A stretch of 64,000 bases of DNA from an uncultured bacterium (GTDB lineage: Bacteria > Chlamydiota > Chlamydiia > Chlamydiales > CAZBXE01), in the NCBI GenBank assembly GCA_964496125.1, contig CAZBXE010000004.1, forward strand, positions 3,707 through 67,706. Reading direction: 5' to 3'. A program made the translations under genes and the position numbers. Position 1 is the first letter of the stretch; the number at the start of each line of letters is the position of its first letter. The notes beneath the pieces are model-generated. The model was not told the origin of the DNA. It saw only the letters and a program-made list of their open reading frames with translations, and made no database searches. Below are positions 35,841 through 45,320 of this stretch, one piece after another.

Positions 35841-36137
35841 ATGGCTGAGACAGACAAAAAAGACCAAGTTAAGAAGACAAAACGCCCCACAGCCGAGAAG
35901 AGAGTGCTGCAGACTTTAAAGCGTCAGGGTGTAAATCAAATGTTTAAATCACGCGTGAAAACTGCAATCCGCCGTTTTGAGGATTTGCGTAAGCAAGGTT
36001 CTACTTCTCAAGTAAAAGAGCAGCTGGATGAAGTTTACAGTTTGATGGACAAAGGTGAGAAGCGCGGAGTTTTCAAGGGCAACAAAGCTAGCCGTACAAA
36101 ATCCCGTTTAGCTGCAAAAGTTGCATCTCAAAAATAG
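35841..36137 (+). CDS. rpsT: 30S ribosomal protein S20
   Basis: 98 aa, basic. The S20 pattern is present (AEKRVLQTLKRQGVNQMFKSRVKTAIRRF). Confidence 0.9.
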   Translation: MAETDKKDQVKKTKRPTAEKRVLQTLKRQGVNQMFKSRVKTAIRRFEDLRKQGSTSQVKEQLDEVYSLMDKGEKRGVFKGNKASRTKSRLAAKVASQK

Positions 36138-36197
36138 ATTTTTCTGGCTAGAGTTGTCTATCCTATCCAGAAACACAGGTTAACGGAAAATTTGCTG

Positions 36198-37865
36198 ATG
36201 AGACATTTTAGAGTCTTTCTAGTTGTTTTTCTTCTGATTTTCCAAGTTGCAGTTGCAACAGAGGAAGAGAGGGCCCCAGATCGCACGGAGATGATCCCAA
36301 TGCGAGATGGCGTCGAGTTGCCCACAGATCTCTACTTCCCAGCTGAAGGAAAGGATGATCTGCCTTGCATTCTTGTTCGAACGCCTGCAGGTCGGAGAAA
36401 GTACTGGAAAGAGTTTGTTGAGCTTACAAAGTATGGCTATGTCGTAGCCATCCAAGATACAAGAAGTACGCTTGAGCAAACAGAACCAGCCCTTCCTTTT
36501 ACCTCTGATGGTTGGCACAGCAAGCAAGATGGTTACGATGCCGTTGAGTGGCTGGCTAAGCAGCCTTTTACGAATGGCAAAGTGGGTACAATGGGATACT
36601 CAGCTTTAGGTATCACCCAAAACCTACTTGCCCCCTCTGCACCGCCTAGCTTGAAATGTCAATTTATCTGTGTAGCTGCTGCGAGCATTTATGATCACGC
36701 CATGTTTCCAAGTGGGAAGTTTTTGAAGGATCAAGTCGAGGGGTGGCTTGGGCAATACTCCAAAGATGAAAATGCGATTTACTATGTCCTTTCGCAAAAA
36801 AGCAACCCAACGTTTTGGGAAAAATTCGACGCACTCAGACAAGCACACCGCGTTAAGGTACCAGGCCTTCATATGGGCGGTTGGTATGACACTTTCTCGC
36901 AAGGAACGATCGATAGTTTTGTCACAAGGCAAACCTTTGGCGGTACGGGGGCACGAGGCCACCAGAAGCTTGTCATGGGTCCCTGGGAACATTTCTGGCC
37001 TAAATCAACAGATCTCGGCGATTTTAAGGTTCCTTCTACCGGCAATTACCCCCCCGTTGATTTTAGTCCCAAATCATGGTTCGACTACCATTTGAAGGGG
37101 GAGCACAATGCAATTGCTTCCATGAAGCCTGTGACATACTATGTGATGGGACCCTTCGATGGTTCCGAGTCGAGTGGAAATGTGTGGCGTTCAGCAGATA
37201 AGTGGCCTGTGCCCTCAGAAAAAGTTTCTCTCTACTTGGACGCAGGTGGAATGTTGCAAAATGCAGTGACTGCTGTTAAGCCAGGATCTCTGCCCTTTAT
37301 GTCCGACCCAAATCATCCTGTGCCAACGATTGGTGGTCGAAACCTCTTTATGAAATCAGGTCCTATGGACCAAAGGCCGATTGAAGAGCGAGAGGATGTG
37401 CTTGTATTTACTACGGATACATTAACAGAAGATGTGGAAGTGACAGGAAGACTGGCAGCAGAGTTGTTTCTAACCTCGAATCAAAAATCAACGGATGTGG
37501 CCATTCGTCTTACGGATGTCTATCCCGATGGGAGAAGCATTTTGATTGCAGATGGCATTGCAGAAGTAAAACTGCCATCATGGCGTAGATTTCTCCGTAG
37601 TGGAAAAGAAATTTCTCATCCCGTTGCTGTAGAGCTCGATCTATGGTCGACAAGTATTGTATTTGCCAAAGGGCATAAGATTCGTATTTCTATTTCCGGC
37701 TCTAATTACCCCCGCTTCGACAAGAACCTGCACTGCTCTGAAGAAGAGGCAAAGCAAGGCAAGTGCAATATCGCGCGTAATGTGGTGTATTTTGGAAGGT
37801 CTTATCCTTCGCGCATGATTCTTCCCATTGTTCGTGTTGGCGACCGCTGGCTCGTCAAAAATTAG
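36198..37865 (+). CDS. CocE/NonD family hydrolase (X-Pro dipeptidyl-peptidase S15-like), secreted
   Basis: About 555 aa with a signal peptide. Contains a GYSALG nucleophile elbow, the PWEHFW region and a C-terminal beta-sandwich (HKIRISISGSNYPRFD). The ATG at 36198 is preferred over the track TTG at 36192. Confidence 0.8.
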   Translation: MRHFRVFLVVFLLIFQVAVATEEERAPDRTEMIPMRDGVELPTDLYFPAEGKDDLPCILVRTPAGRRKYWKEFVELTKYGYVVAIQDTRSTLEQTEPALPFTSDGWHSKQDGYDAVEWLAKQPFTNGKVGTMGYSALGITQNLLAPSAPPSLKCQFICVAAASIYDHAMFPSGKFLKDQVEGWLGQYSKDENAIYYVLSQKSNPTFWEKFDALRQAHRVKVPGLHMGGWYDTFSQGTIDSFVTRQTFGGTGARGHQKLVMGPWEHFWPKSTDLGDFKVPSTGNYPPVDFSPKSWFDYHLKGEHNAIASMKPVTYYVMGPFDGSESSGNVWRSADKWPVPSEKVSLYLDAGGMLQNAVTAVKPGSLPFMSDPNHPVPTIGGRNLFMKSGPMDQRPIEEREDVLVFTTDTLTEDVEVTGRLAAELFLTSNQKSTDVAIRLTDVYPDGRSILIADGIAEVKLPSWRRFLRSGKEISHPVAVELDLWSTSIVFAKGHKIRISISGSNYPRFDKNLHCSEEEAKQGKCNIARNVVYFGRSYPSRMILPIVRVGDRWLVKN

Positions 37866-37880
37866 TTCGCCGGTTTCTGT

Positions 37881-39101
37881 TTAGGTCCGCCGCAGTTTTG
37901 ATACAGTTTCTTGCAGGGAAGTGATGAAGAAGTCAATCTCTTCAGGTGTATTATAGAATGTAAGGGAAGCGCGGAGACTTGCTTCCACGCCAAACCTGCG
38001 CATCGTCGGTTGCGCGCAGTGGTGCCCTGTACGCACGGCTATCCCCTTTAGATCTAAAAGAGATCCCACATCAAAAGGATGTGCTCCTTCGATCACAAAG
38101 GTTGTAAGAGCCCCTTTTTCCTTAGCTGTTCCTAGAATTCGTAGGCCTGGTATCGATTTTAACTTTGCTTCCATGTACAGATGGAGCGTTTTTTCAACCT
38201 TGTAGATATTTTCAAGGCCCAGAGCCTCGAGATAATCGAGGGCAGCTCCCAGGCCAATGACCTCGGTAATCATAGGCGTACCCGCCTCAAACTTGAGGGG
38301 GATTGTGTTATACGTTGTCTTTTCAAAAGTCACAGTCTCAATCATATCGCCGCCCCCTTGGGTTGGAGGCATCTTTTCGAGGAGTTCTGCTTTCCCATAG
38401 AGAATGCCGACACCTGTCGGACCGCATGCTTTGTGGGGAGAAAAGACCAAGAAATCGCAATTTAAATCCTGCACATCAAGGGGCAGATGGGGGGCGCTTT
38501 GTGCAGCATCAATTAAGACTTTGGCTCCCTTGTTGTGAGCAGGTGTAATGATTTCCTTGATAGGATTTATCGTGCCGAGAGTATTGGAAATATGTGCGAT
38601 AGCAACAAGTTTTATGCGCGGTGTAAGATGTGAGTGAAATTTTTCTAAGTCCAGTTCTCCTGTATCTGTCACAGGACAGGCAACAAGTCTTGCCCCCTTT
38701 TCTTCACACGCCATTTGCCAGGGGACAATATTGGCATGATGTTCCATCTCTGTGATGAGAACTTCATCCCCCTCTTGAAGAAATGTCTTTCCAAAGGAGG
38801 AGGCCACCGTATTGATCGATTCGGTTGTTCCCCTCGTAAAGATGATCTCTTCTTGTTTTTGTGCATTTAGGAATTTTTGCACCTTTTCTCGTACCTTGCC
38901 ATATTCATAGGTCGCACGCGCTGAGAGGTGGTAGAGTGCTCTATGGACAGTGCCATAATTTTCCCTAAGGAAGTGATTCATTGCCTCAATGACCACATGG
39001 GGTTTTTGGGAGGTAGCGGCTGAGTCGAGGTAGATTAATGGATAGCCATGCACTTTTTGCTGTAAAATGGGAAAATCTTTTCTGACTTTCGCAGGATTCA
39101 T
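37881..39101 (-). CDS. sufS: Cysteine desulfurase SufS
   Basis: Class-V aminotransferase (FSPHKACGPTGVGILY, RTGHHCAQP). The start is trimmed to MNPAKVRKDFPIL, which forms an ATGA overlap with the sufD stop. The track start is 39167. Confidence 0.9.
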   Translation of the reverse strand: MNPAKVRKDFPILQQKVHGYPLIYLDSAATSQKPHVVIEAMNHFLRENYGTVHRALYHLSARATYEYGKVREKVQKFLNAQKQEEIIFTRGTTESINTVASSFGKTFLQEGDEVLITEMEHHANIVPWQMACEEKGARLVACPVTDTGELDLEKFHSHLTPRIKLVAIAHISNTLGTINPIKEIITPAHNKGAKVLIDAAQSAPHLPLDVQDLNCDFLVFSPHKACGPTGVGILYGKAELLEKMPPTQGGGDMIETVTFEKTTYNTIPLKFEAGTPMITEVIGLGAALDYLEALGLENIYKVEKTLHLYMEAKLKSIPGLRILGTAKEKGALTTFVIEGAHPFDVGSLLDLKGIAVRTGHHCAQPTMRRFGVEASLRASLTFYNTPEEIDFFITSLQETVSKLRRT

Positions 39102-40360
39102 TTTAGCAGTGTTGTGAAGAGATTTTGTAAACTTGGGTGCTTGAGGCGGTCTAATATCTGCTGGCAAAAACCACGGATAAGGATTTCTTTTGCTTCTTTC
39201 TCCGGAAGGCCTCGAGCGCGCAGGTAAAAGAGGTGGTCTTTCTTCAATTGTCCAATGGTAGCACCATGGGAGGCTTTTACATCTCCATTGAAAATCTCAA
39301 GGTTAGGTTTGCTATCTGCATGCGCATTAGCACTTAAGAGCAGATTGTTATTGAGCTGATAGGCAGAGGTTTTTTCAGCTTCCTTTTGCACCAAAATCTT
39401 CCCTTCAAAGCTAGAAGAGCTGTTGTCAAAGAGAACGTTCTTAAAGAGCTGCTCCGAGCGGCAGTTCGGTGCCTTATGGTCGATGAGGATATGTACATGT
39501 GCCTCCCTTTTTTCCCTGAGCAGAGCCATCCCTTGTAACAAGACTTCTGCGTTTTCCTCTTCGAGAGAAATCCTGATATCTTGTCTGTCCGTTGCACTTC
39601 CATTCGTGATGTGGGTGGAGGTGAATTTTGCATCTCTTTTTAAGGAGGCTCTTGTCGCACTTAAGTGCCAAAGGTCAGCGAGGGGTTCCAGGCATACTTT
39701 TGTTTCTTCGACCCTGGCTCCGGCATCCAGTTCATAGTGCATGACATCGGAGAGAAACCCGCTTCCTGACTTTGCATTGACAGTAGAGATGATTTCGGCA
39801 GAGGCTTCTCTTCCTGCAAAAAGTTGTACCCGAGGCATCATCATCATGTTTTTGTGGTCAGCATCGATCACCTGTAAGATCTGGATAGGGCGCTCCACAA
39901 CACAGCCAGGGGGTAGATAGATAAATACGCCTCCTGGGTGAAGAGCGGCATTTGCAAGGGCAAAAGGGTCCACCTCTTCTTGCATCCCCTTTTTCCATTG
40001 TTTCTGCAAGAAGAGCCCAAAGGTATTTTCAGCTTTTTTGAGATCAGAGATGATGACCTTGCTGGGTAGTCCCCCTGTGTTGGATAGACTTTTGACAAAA
40101 TGTCCATTGATGAAAACAAGGTAGCTCTCCTCACACTCGGGGTAGACGTAGGGAGAGAGGGCATTTGCAGTAACTGGTGTAAGCTCTGGGAGCGTAAGGG
40201 AGAGGGCATTTAGTTTCGTTAAACGGAGATAGCGGAAGGCCTCATGCTCTTTGGTCGGCAGGCCAATTTGCAACATCTTTTCAAAAGCTTGCCTCTTTTC
40301 TTTGGGGGGCGAGCTTTTTTCAAAGAGCTCTTGAAGTGAAGTTTCTAGCACGCTTTGCAT
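39098..40360 (-). CDS. sufD: Fe-S cluster assembly protein SufD
   Basis: 420 aa located between sufC and sufS. C-terminal SufB/D beta-helix motifs are present (DSKPNLEIFNGDVKASHGATIGQL, LFYLRARGL). Confidence 0.85.
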   Translation of the reverse strand: MQSVLETSLQELFEKSSPPKEKRQAFEKMLQIGLPTKEHEAFRYLRLTKLNALSLTLPELTPVTANALSPYVYPECEESYLVFINGHFVKSLSNTGGLPSKVIISDLKKAENTFGLFLQKQWKKGMQEEVDPFALANAALHPGGVFIYLPPGCVVERPIQILQVIDADHKNMMMMPRVQLFAGREASAEIISTVNAKSGSGFLSDVMHYELDAGARVEETKVCLEPLADLWHLSATRASLKRDAKFTSTHITNGSATDRQDIRISLEEENAEVLLQGMALLREKREAHVHILIDHKAPNCRSEQLFKNVLFDNSSSSFEGKILVQKEAEKTSAYQLNNNLLLSANAHADSKPNLEIFNGDVKASHGATIGQLKKDHLFYLRARGLPEKEAKEILIRGFCQQILDRLKHPSLQNLFTTLLK

Positions 40361-41097
40361 GCTTTTGCTCCTCCGTATCCTCTTTCTTCGACTTGGAGAG
40401 CAAGCTCTGGTCCTCCGGAGGAGACAATTTTCCCCTCTGCCATGATGTGCACAAAGTGGGGTTTAATATAACTTAATAGTCTTTGATAGTGAGTGATCAG
40501 TAGCAGCCCCATGTTAGGATTCATAAGGGTGTTTACACCTTTTGCCACAATCCGCATTGCATCCACATCGAGACCTGAGTCTGTTTCATCGAGCACTGCC
40601 ATTTGGGGGGTGAGAACTGCCATTTGGAGAATTTCGTTTCTTTTCTTTTCCCCTCCTGAAAATCCTTCGTTTAGATTCCTCTCTTTAAACTCAGGTTTTA
40701 TTTCCATCTGCTGCATCTTTTCTTCAAGAAGCAAGGAGAATTCTTGCTGGGAGAGTTCTTTTTTTTCTTCTGCTTTTCTTTTTGCATTCAAAGCTGCAAA
40801 GAGAAACTGCTGGTTTGTGACTCCTGCTATCTCTACGGGGTACTGAAAACTCATGAAAAGGCCAAGGTGAGCCCTTTCTTCTGGGTCGAGTTCAAGAAGA
40901 TCCTTGCCTTGGAAGAGAATTGTCCCACCTGTGATGTCATAAGCTGGATCTCCCGCAAGAATACGGGCAAGGGTAGACTTTCCAGCGCCATTTGGGCCCA
41001 TAATTGCATGAATCTCCCCGGCTTTTATCCGTAGGTTGACCCCTTTAAGGATAGGAATACTTTCTACTTCTGCTTGTAAGTCAATTATATCTAACAT
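40345..41097 (-). CDS. sufC: Fe-S cluster assembly ATPase SufC
   Basis: 250 aa. Walker A GPNGAGKST, the ABC signature FSGGEKKR and Walker B AVLDETDSGLD. Confidence 0.95.
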   Translation of the reverse strand: MLDIIDLQAEVESIPILKGVNLRIKAGEIHAIMGPNGAGKSTLARILAGDPAYDITGGTILFQGKDLLELDPEERAHLGLFMSFQYPVEIAGVTNQQFLFAALNAKRKAEEKKELSQQEFSLLLEEKMQQMEIKPEFKERNLNEGFSGGEKKRNEILQMAVLTPQMAVLDETDSGLDVDAMRIVAKGVNTLMNPNMGLLLITHYQRLLSYIKPHFVHIMAEGKIVSSGGPELALQVEERGYGGAKACKAC

Positions 41098-41099
41098 GT

Positions 41100-42539
41100 T
41101 TATCCCACAGAGTTTTCAAGTTTTAAGGTGAGCAATTTCTGCGACTCTGCCGCAAATTCGAGGGGAAGCTCTTTGATTACGTCTTTGCAAAAGCCGCTGA
41201 CAATGAGGCTTACAGCATCCTCATGAGAGAGGCCTCGTGACCGTAGGTAGAAGAGCTGCTCTTCATTCATTTTGGAGGTGGAGGCTTCATGCTCTACTTC
41301 ACTTGTGTCATTGCCAACTTCGATATAGGGGAATGTGTTTGCAGAACACGCATTGCCTACAAGCATCGAGTCGCACTGCGTGTAGTTTCTTGCCCCTTGA
41401 GCTTTGGGTGCAATTTTCACAAGGCCCCTGTAGCTATTGCTAGACGCATCTGCTGATATGCCTTTGGAGACGATGGTAGACTTTGTATTTTTCCCAAGAT
41501 GGATCATCTTCGTGCCCGTATCAGCCTGCATCTTTCCATTGGTAAGGGCAACAGAGTAAAACTCTCCTACGGACTCATCCCCTTGTAAAAGGCAGCTGGG
41601 GTACTTCCAGGTAATAGCAGCGCCCACTTCTACCTGTGTCCAGGAGATTTTGGAACGGAAGCCTTGGCAACGTCCCCGTTTTGTCACAAAGTTATAGACC
41701 CCCCCTTTCCCTGTTTTGGGGTCCCCTGCATACCAGTTTTGCACTGTGGAGTACTTAATTTCAGCTCGGTCGAGGGCGATGAGCTCAACGACAGCTGCGT
41801 GGAGCTGGTTTGTGTCGTAGGCGGGAGCTGTGCAGCCTTCAAGGTAGCTTACAAAACTATCCTCTTCTGCGATGATAAGAGTGCGTTCAAATTGCCCAGA
41901 CTGTTGATCATTGATTCTGAAATAGGTGGATAGTTCCATGGGGCATCGTACCCCCTTGGGGACGTAGACAAAGGACCCATCGCTAAAGACAGCGGAGTTC
42001 AGTGTGGCAAAAAAGTTATCTCCAATCGGCACAACGCTTCCTAGATATTTTTTCACAAGCTCAGGGTAGTGTTCAATGGCTTCTGACATGGAGCAGAGGA
42101 TAACGCCCGCTTCTTTGAGTTTTTCTTGGAAGGTTGTATGGAGGGAAACCGAGTCAAAAACGACGTCCATAGCTACGTTTGTGAGTTTTTTCTGTTCATC
42201 GAGGGGGATGCCAAGCTTTTCAAAGGTGCGTAGGATTTCCGGGTCGACTTCGTCAAGCGAGTTAAGCTTGGGCTTTTTTTGAGGGGCAGAGTAGTAGGTA
42301 ATCGCTTGGTAATCGATGGGCGGGTAGGTAACGTTTTGCCATTTAGGCTCTTTTTCTTCCAGCCATCTATGGTAGGCTTTTAGGCGAAAGTCTAGCATGA
42401 AGGACGGTTCGCCTTTTTTTTCCGAGAGGGCGCGGATGGTCGATTCGTTAAGACCTGGAGGGAGCCTATCCGATGTTACATCGGTGGTAAATCCATACTT
42501 GTATTCCTGGCGTTCATTGAGTAGGCTTTGCGTGGACAT
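41100..42539 (-). CDS. sufB: Fe-S cluster assembly scaffold SufB
   Basis: 479 aa. SufB signatures are present ([45 protein letters not shown]). Confidence 0.95.
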   Translation of the reverse strand: MSTQSLLNERQEYKYGFTTDVTSDRLPPGLNESTIRALSEKKGEPSFMLDFRLKAYHRWLEEKEPKWQNVTYPPIDYQAITYYSAPQKKPKLNSLDEVDPEILRTFEKLGIPLDEQKKLTNVAMDVVFDSVSLHTTFQEKLKEAGVILCSMSEAIEHYPELVKKYLGSVVPIGDNFFATLNSAVFSDGSFVYVPKGVRCPMELSTYFRINDQQSGQFERTLIIAEEDSFVSYLEGCTAPAYDTNQLHAAVVELIALDRAEIKYSTVQNWYAGDPKTGKGGVYNFVTKRGRCQGFRSKISWTQVEVGAAITWKYPSCLLQGDESVGEFYSVALTNGKMQADTGTKMIHLGKNTKSTIVSKGISADASSNSYRGLVKIAPKAQGARNYTQCDSMLVGNACSANTFPYIEVGNDTSEVEHEASTSKMNEEQLFYLRSRGLSHEDAVSLIVSGFCKDVIKELPLEFAAESQKLLTLKLENSVG

Positions 42540-42546
42540 AGAGAGT

Positions 42547-42575
42547 ATTTTACAGGAATATTCCTATTCTTACAA
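42547..42575 (-). promoter_or_regulatory. Candidate sufBCDS promoter TTGTAA-N17-TAAAAT with palindrome AGGAATATTCCT in the spacer
   Basis: Minus-strand read: -35 at 42575-42570 and -10 at 42552-42547. The perfect 12-bp palindrome is at 42554-42565. Only 7 nt separate the -10 from the sufB ATG, and there is no Shine-Dalgarno sequence. Confidence 0.4.
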
Positions 42576-42632
42576 ATTAAAATTATTGTTTATAACAATT
42601 GCATGTGTCTATACCCAAATGGACTGAAAAGC

Positions 42633-42791
42633 TCACCCTGTGCGCCCCGAAAGGGCTGAATTTATCTTAAGCCCCCCCTGAACAGCGGTCTCATAAATGC
42701 TTTGAGTTAGGCCTAGTCCCCCTAATGTCCGATGCACTTCAATAGCAGCGCCAATAATCCTAGGCACGAAAACAAGATCTTTTTCCCCAGG
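42633..42791 (-). pseudogene. Relic of a GxxExxY-family (PD-(D/E)XK-like) gene, N-terminal ~45 codons only
   Basis: My own minus-strand translation gives PGEKDLVFVPRIIGAAIEVHRTLGGLGLTQSIYETAVQGGLKINSALSGRTG*. It matches the remembered family N-terminus (..KIIGAAIEVHR.LGPGLLES.YE.AL..EL..). It has no start codon, an in-frame stop upstream, and lacks about 80 C-terminal residues. Confidence 0.55.
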
Positions 42792-42903
42792 TTATTTTGT
42801 ATCGGTAAAATTTGTTCGATTAAGCATTTCTTGATAGACCAAAAAACAGTAACTCCTATTTGAAATTCATGGTACAATCCTGACATCATTTGGAGACTTT
42901 TAA

Positions 42904-44412
42904 ATGGACATGACTTATCAATTTGCCTGGAAAGAAGGTGAAACAGTCTTTTTCATTGATGTTTTTGATTACAGATATGCAGCAAAGAATGGAAACTTAT
43001 CCTGGCGGATTAATAATCCTGGGTTAGTCAAGCATCATTGTCGCTATGCAAAGAAAAATGGCTCGATTGGAGTATGGGAGAATTTTGCTATTTTTTCAAA
43101 CCCTCATCAAGGTCATCAAGCTTTGAACGAGTGGCTACACTCCAAAACAATGTTGCAATGTGATTTACATGGCATCGCTAAGCATTATCAAACATTTTCT
43201 TCAGAACAATTCGTGCAATCTTTAGCAGCAGCCAGTAAAATATCCCCTAAAACTAAATTGAAAGACCTAACTGGGCTTGAATTTGACGCACTACTTTCCT
43301 CTATAGAGAAGTTCTGTGGGTTTTGCCGAGTGGGTAGTGAAAAGTTTTATCTATTACCTAAAATAGCTGCAAAAATCGAATGTCCCGATAAAGAGGATCT
43401 TTATCTTGTTGGTAAAGACATCACTTTGACGCGGGAAGAGGCAATACAATGGATTGATTCTCATAAACTTGATGCTGTTATAGTTCGTCATTCAAATGGG
43501 ACTCATTTACGTTCTAGACCTCGCTATCGCATGCAAACATTAAAATTGACATGGGAGCAACATTGTGAAACGGAGGGAGAATTAGATATCTTAGCTCGCA
43601 TGGTAGGCCAAAAGGGTCCTGACCAATGCACATGGGGTTTCATTAACGGTATTCGAAATACGAGAGAAGAGGCAATTGAATCTTCTGATTTGATTTCAAA
43701 AAAGGCAGGAAACGAACTGGTAGTTTCATTACGAAATGATCAGGTTTTGTGGGGTGCCAAAGAGGCGAGCGTGGCCTTACTACTAAAAATGGGCATCGAT
43801 ACTCCTATCGTTAAAAGTGCAGTTCAGTTTTTCAGATATTTACTTTCAATGTCTGAAAATCAAAAAAATTCACCAGTAATTATATTTGCTCACAGCCAAG
43901 GTGCGGCCATTAGTGAGCATGCAATTGCTTTGCTTTCTAAGCAAGAGAGACAGCAAATTCGAATTTTTACATTTGGAGGATGGTCTTTTATCGCGCCAGA
44001 TGCTGCTCATCCAGATTCTCATAATTATGCAAGTGTCGGAGATCTAATACCTCGCGTTGGTTCTTATAACTCTCAATACCTTGCAATTAGAAGATACGAA
44101 GGTTTAAAAGAAGGGTTAACCCATGATGAAATCATTCGGCGTTTAGCTTTTGGAGATGCAATTCAAGATCTCGATTGTTTAGATCCTCATGTTCATGAAA
44201 GATATGCTCAGGAAAGATGTAAGTTTTATAGAAATGAATTCGAAAAAATACGCAATGTCACTGTTGTAAATCCTGGAAGTGTGTGGGAACATTCTTTCAG
44301 GAATGAAAGTTATCAAAATATCGTTCTTGAAAAGATTGAGAAATATAGAAAAAGCTCAATTAGAATAGCACACATGGACTCTCAAAAATTTCTTGTTGAA
44401 TCTTTTTTTTAA
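42904..44412 (+). CDS. Multidomain hypothetical protein: unknown N-terminal domain, DUF3892-like middle segment, C-terminal alpha/beta-hydrolase (lipase/esterase-like, AHSQG)
   Basis: 502 aa. The nucleophile-elbow motif VIIFAHSQGAAISEH follows a beta-strand-like run. TLTREEAIQWIDSHKLDAVIVRHSNGTHLRSRP resembles the DUF3892 C-terminal half. An extended -10 (TGgTACAAT, 42870-42878) and a GGAG RBS lie upstream. The coding sequence is AT-rich. Confidence 0.6.
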   Translation: MDMTYQFAWKEGETVFFIDVFDYRYAAKNGNLSWRINNPGLVKHHCRYAKKNGSIGVWENFAIFSNPHQGHQALNEWLHSKTMLQCDLHGIAKHYQTFSSEQFVQSLAAASKISPKTKLKDLTGLEFDALLSSIEKFCGFCRVGSEKFYLLPKIAAKIECPDKEDLYLVGKDITLTREEAIQWIDSHKLDAVIVRHSNGTHLRSRPRYRMQTLKLTWEQHCETEGELDILARMVGQKGPDQCTWGFINGIRNTREEAIESSDLISKKAGNELVVSLRNDQVLWGAKEASVALLLKMGIDTPIVKSAVQFFRYLLSMSENQKNSPVIIFAHSQGAAISEHAIALLSKQERQQIRIFTFGGWSFIAPDAAHPDSHNYASVGDLIPRVGSYNSQYLAIRRYEGLKEGLTHDEIIRRLAFGDAIQDLDCLDPHVHERYAQERCKFYRNEFEKIRNVTVVNPGSVWEHSFRNESYQNIVLEKIEKYRKSSIRIAHMDSQKFLVESFF

Positions 44413-44760
44413 GTGATACTTATGAACATTTCCATTGATATTGAAGATGATAGGAAAAAGGCAAAAAGAAGTGCGTGGATAGCAACAGTTATTTATATTG
44501 TCCTGTTTCCATTTATTTTTATGTTTGCTGCTACAAGTATTATGATATTTGATTGTCCCAGTATGTCTGTTTCCGTTGGTTTGTCGATCATATTCTTGTG
44601 CTTTTGTGTGCCTTTATCAATACCATTTACTTTTTATTTTGTCTGGTATCGGTATTCCCAAGGGGAATATAAAAAGAGTCGTCAGTTTTGTCTACTACCA
44701 CTTTATATTGCCACGATTGCATTTACTTATAATGCTATAGTGGATGCTTTTATTCATTAA
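44413..44760 (+). CDS. Small integral membrane protein (3-4 TM), hypothetical
   Basis: 115 aa. The GTG at 44413 abuts the upstream stop with zero spacer (an alternative ATG is at 44422). It has three long hydrophobic segments. No family recognised. Confidence 0.5.
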   Translation: MILMNISIDIEDDRKKAKRSAWIATVIYIVLFPFIFMFAATSIMIFDCPSMSVSVGLSIIFLCFCVPLSIPFTFYFVWYRYSQGEYKKSRQFCLLPLYIATIAFTYNAIVDAFIH

Positions 44761-44789
44761 CACAAAACATATTAAATAAGGCTTGTAAC

Positions 44790-45320
44790 ATGAATGTTAT
44801 AAATAAACTGATGTTGCACGTTCTTCAAAAGGAAGAGCTGACAGATATTATTAAAAAATTCACTTTTCCATGGAGTTCTTTTCAAGCCACTCAAGAAAAA
44901 TGGAAACGTTATTATGCAGAGCAGCAAAGAAGTATTCGCACAGTCTGTATTGCAAAAATTGGAGATGAGTTCATTGGCTATGGTAGCTTATTGAATCATA
45001 CAGAATACCCGGAATTCAAGACCCTTGGCATTCCAGAGATCAACGATGTTTGGGTCTCAGCGGAATATAGGGGGAATGGATATGGTAAACGATTGCTTCA
45101 ACATCTGGAGGCGATTGCTGTTAAAGAGTCTCATAAACAAGTTGGAATTGGAGTTGGGCTTTATAAAGATTACGGGTGTGCTCAGAAACTGTATGTTCGG
45201 ATGGGATATATTCCTGATGGGAAAGGAGTGACCTATAAATATCAGCCTGTCAATGCTAGAGATTCGCATCCTGTAGATGATGACCTTATTATTTGGTTTA
45301 AAAAGGATTTAACATCATGA
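44790..45320 (+). CDS. GNAT family N-acetyltransferase
   Basis: 176 aa. Acetyl-CoA binding motif VWVSAEYRGNGYGKRLLQHLE. Substrate unknown. Confidence 0.85.
   Translation: MNVINKLMLHVLQKEELTDIIKKFTFPWSSFQATQEKWKRYYAEQQRSIRTVCIAKIGDEFIGYGSLLNHTEYPEFKTLGIPEINDVWVSAEYRGNGYGKRLLQHLEAIAVKESHKQVGIGVGLYKDYGCAQKLYVRMGYIPDGKGVTYKYQPVNARDSHPVDDDLIIWFKKDLTS

Noticed and set aside
38181-39167. Long N-terminal extensions given by the ORF track for sufS (39167), mcsB (58264), mcsA (57762), sctS (60612), the DUF3592 gene (35005) and the SnoaL-like gene (46341).
   Set aside because: The track takes the most upstream ATG/GTG/TTG. The extensions overlap upstream genes and are basic or low-complexity. Internal starts give canonical N-termini, RBSs or ATGA coupling, so I trimmed them. 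The exact starts remain unverified.
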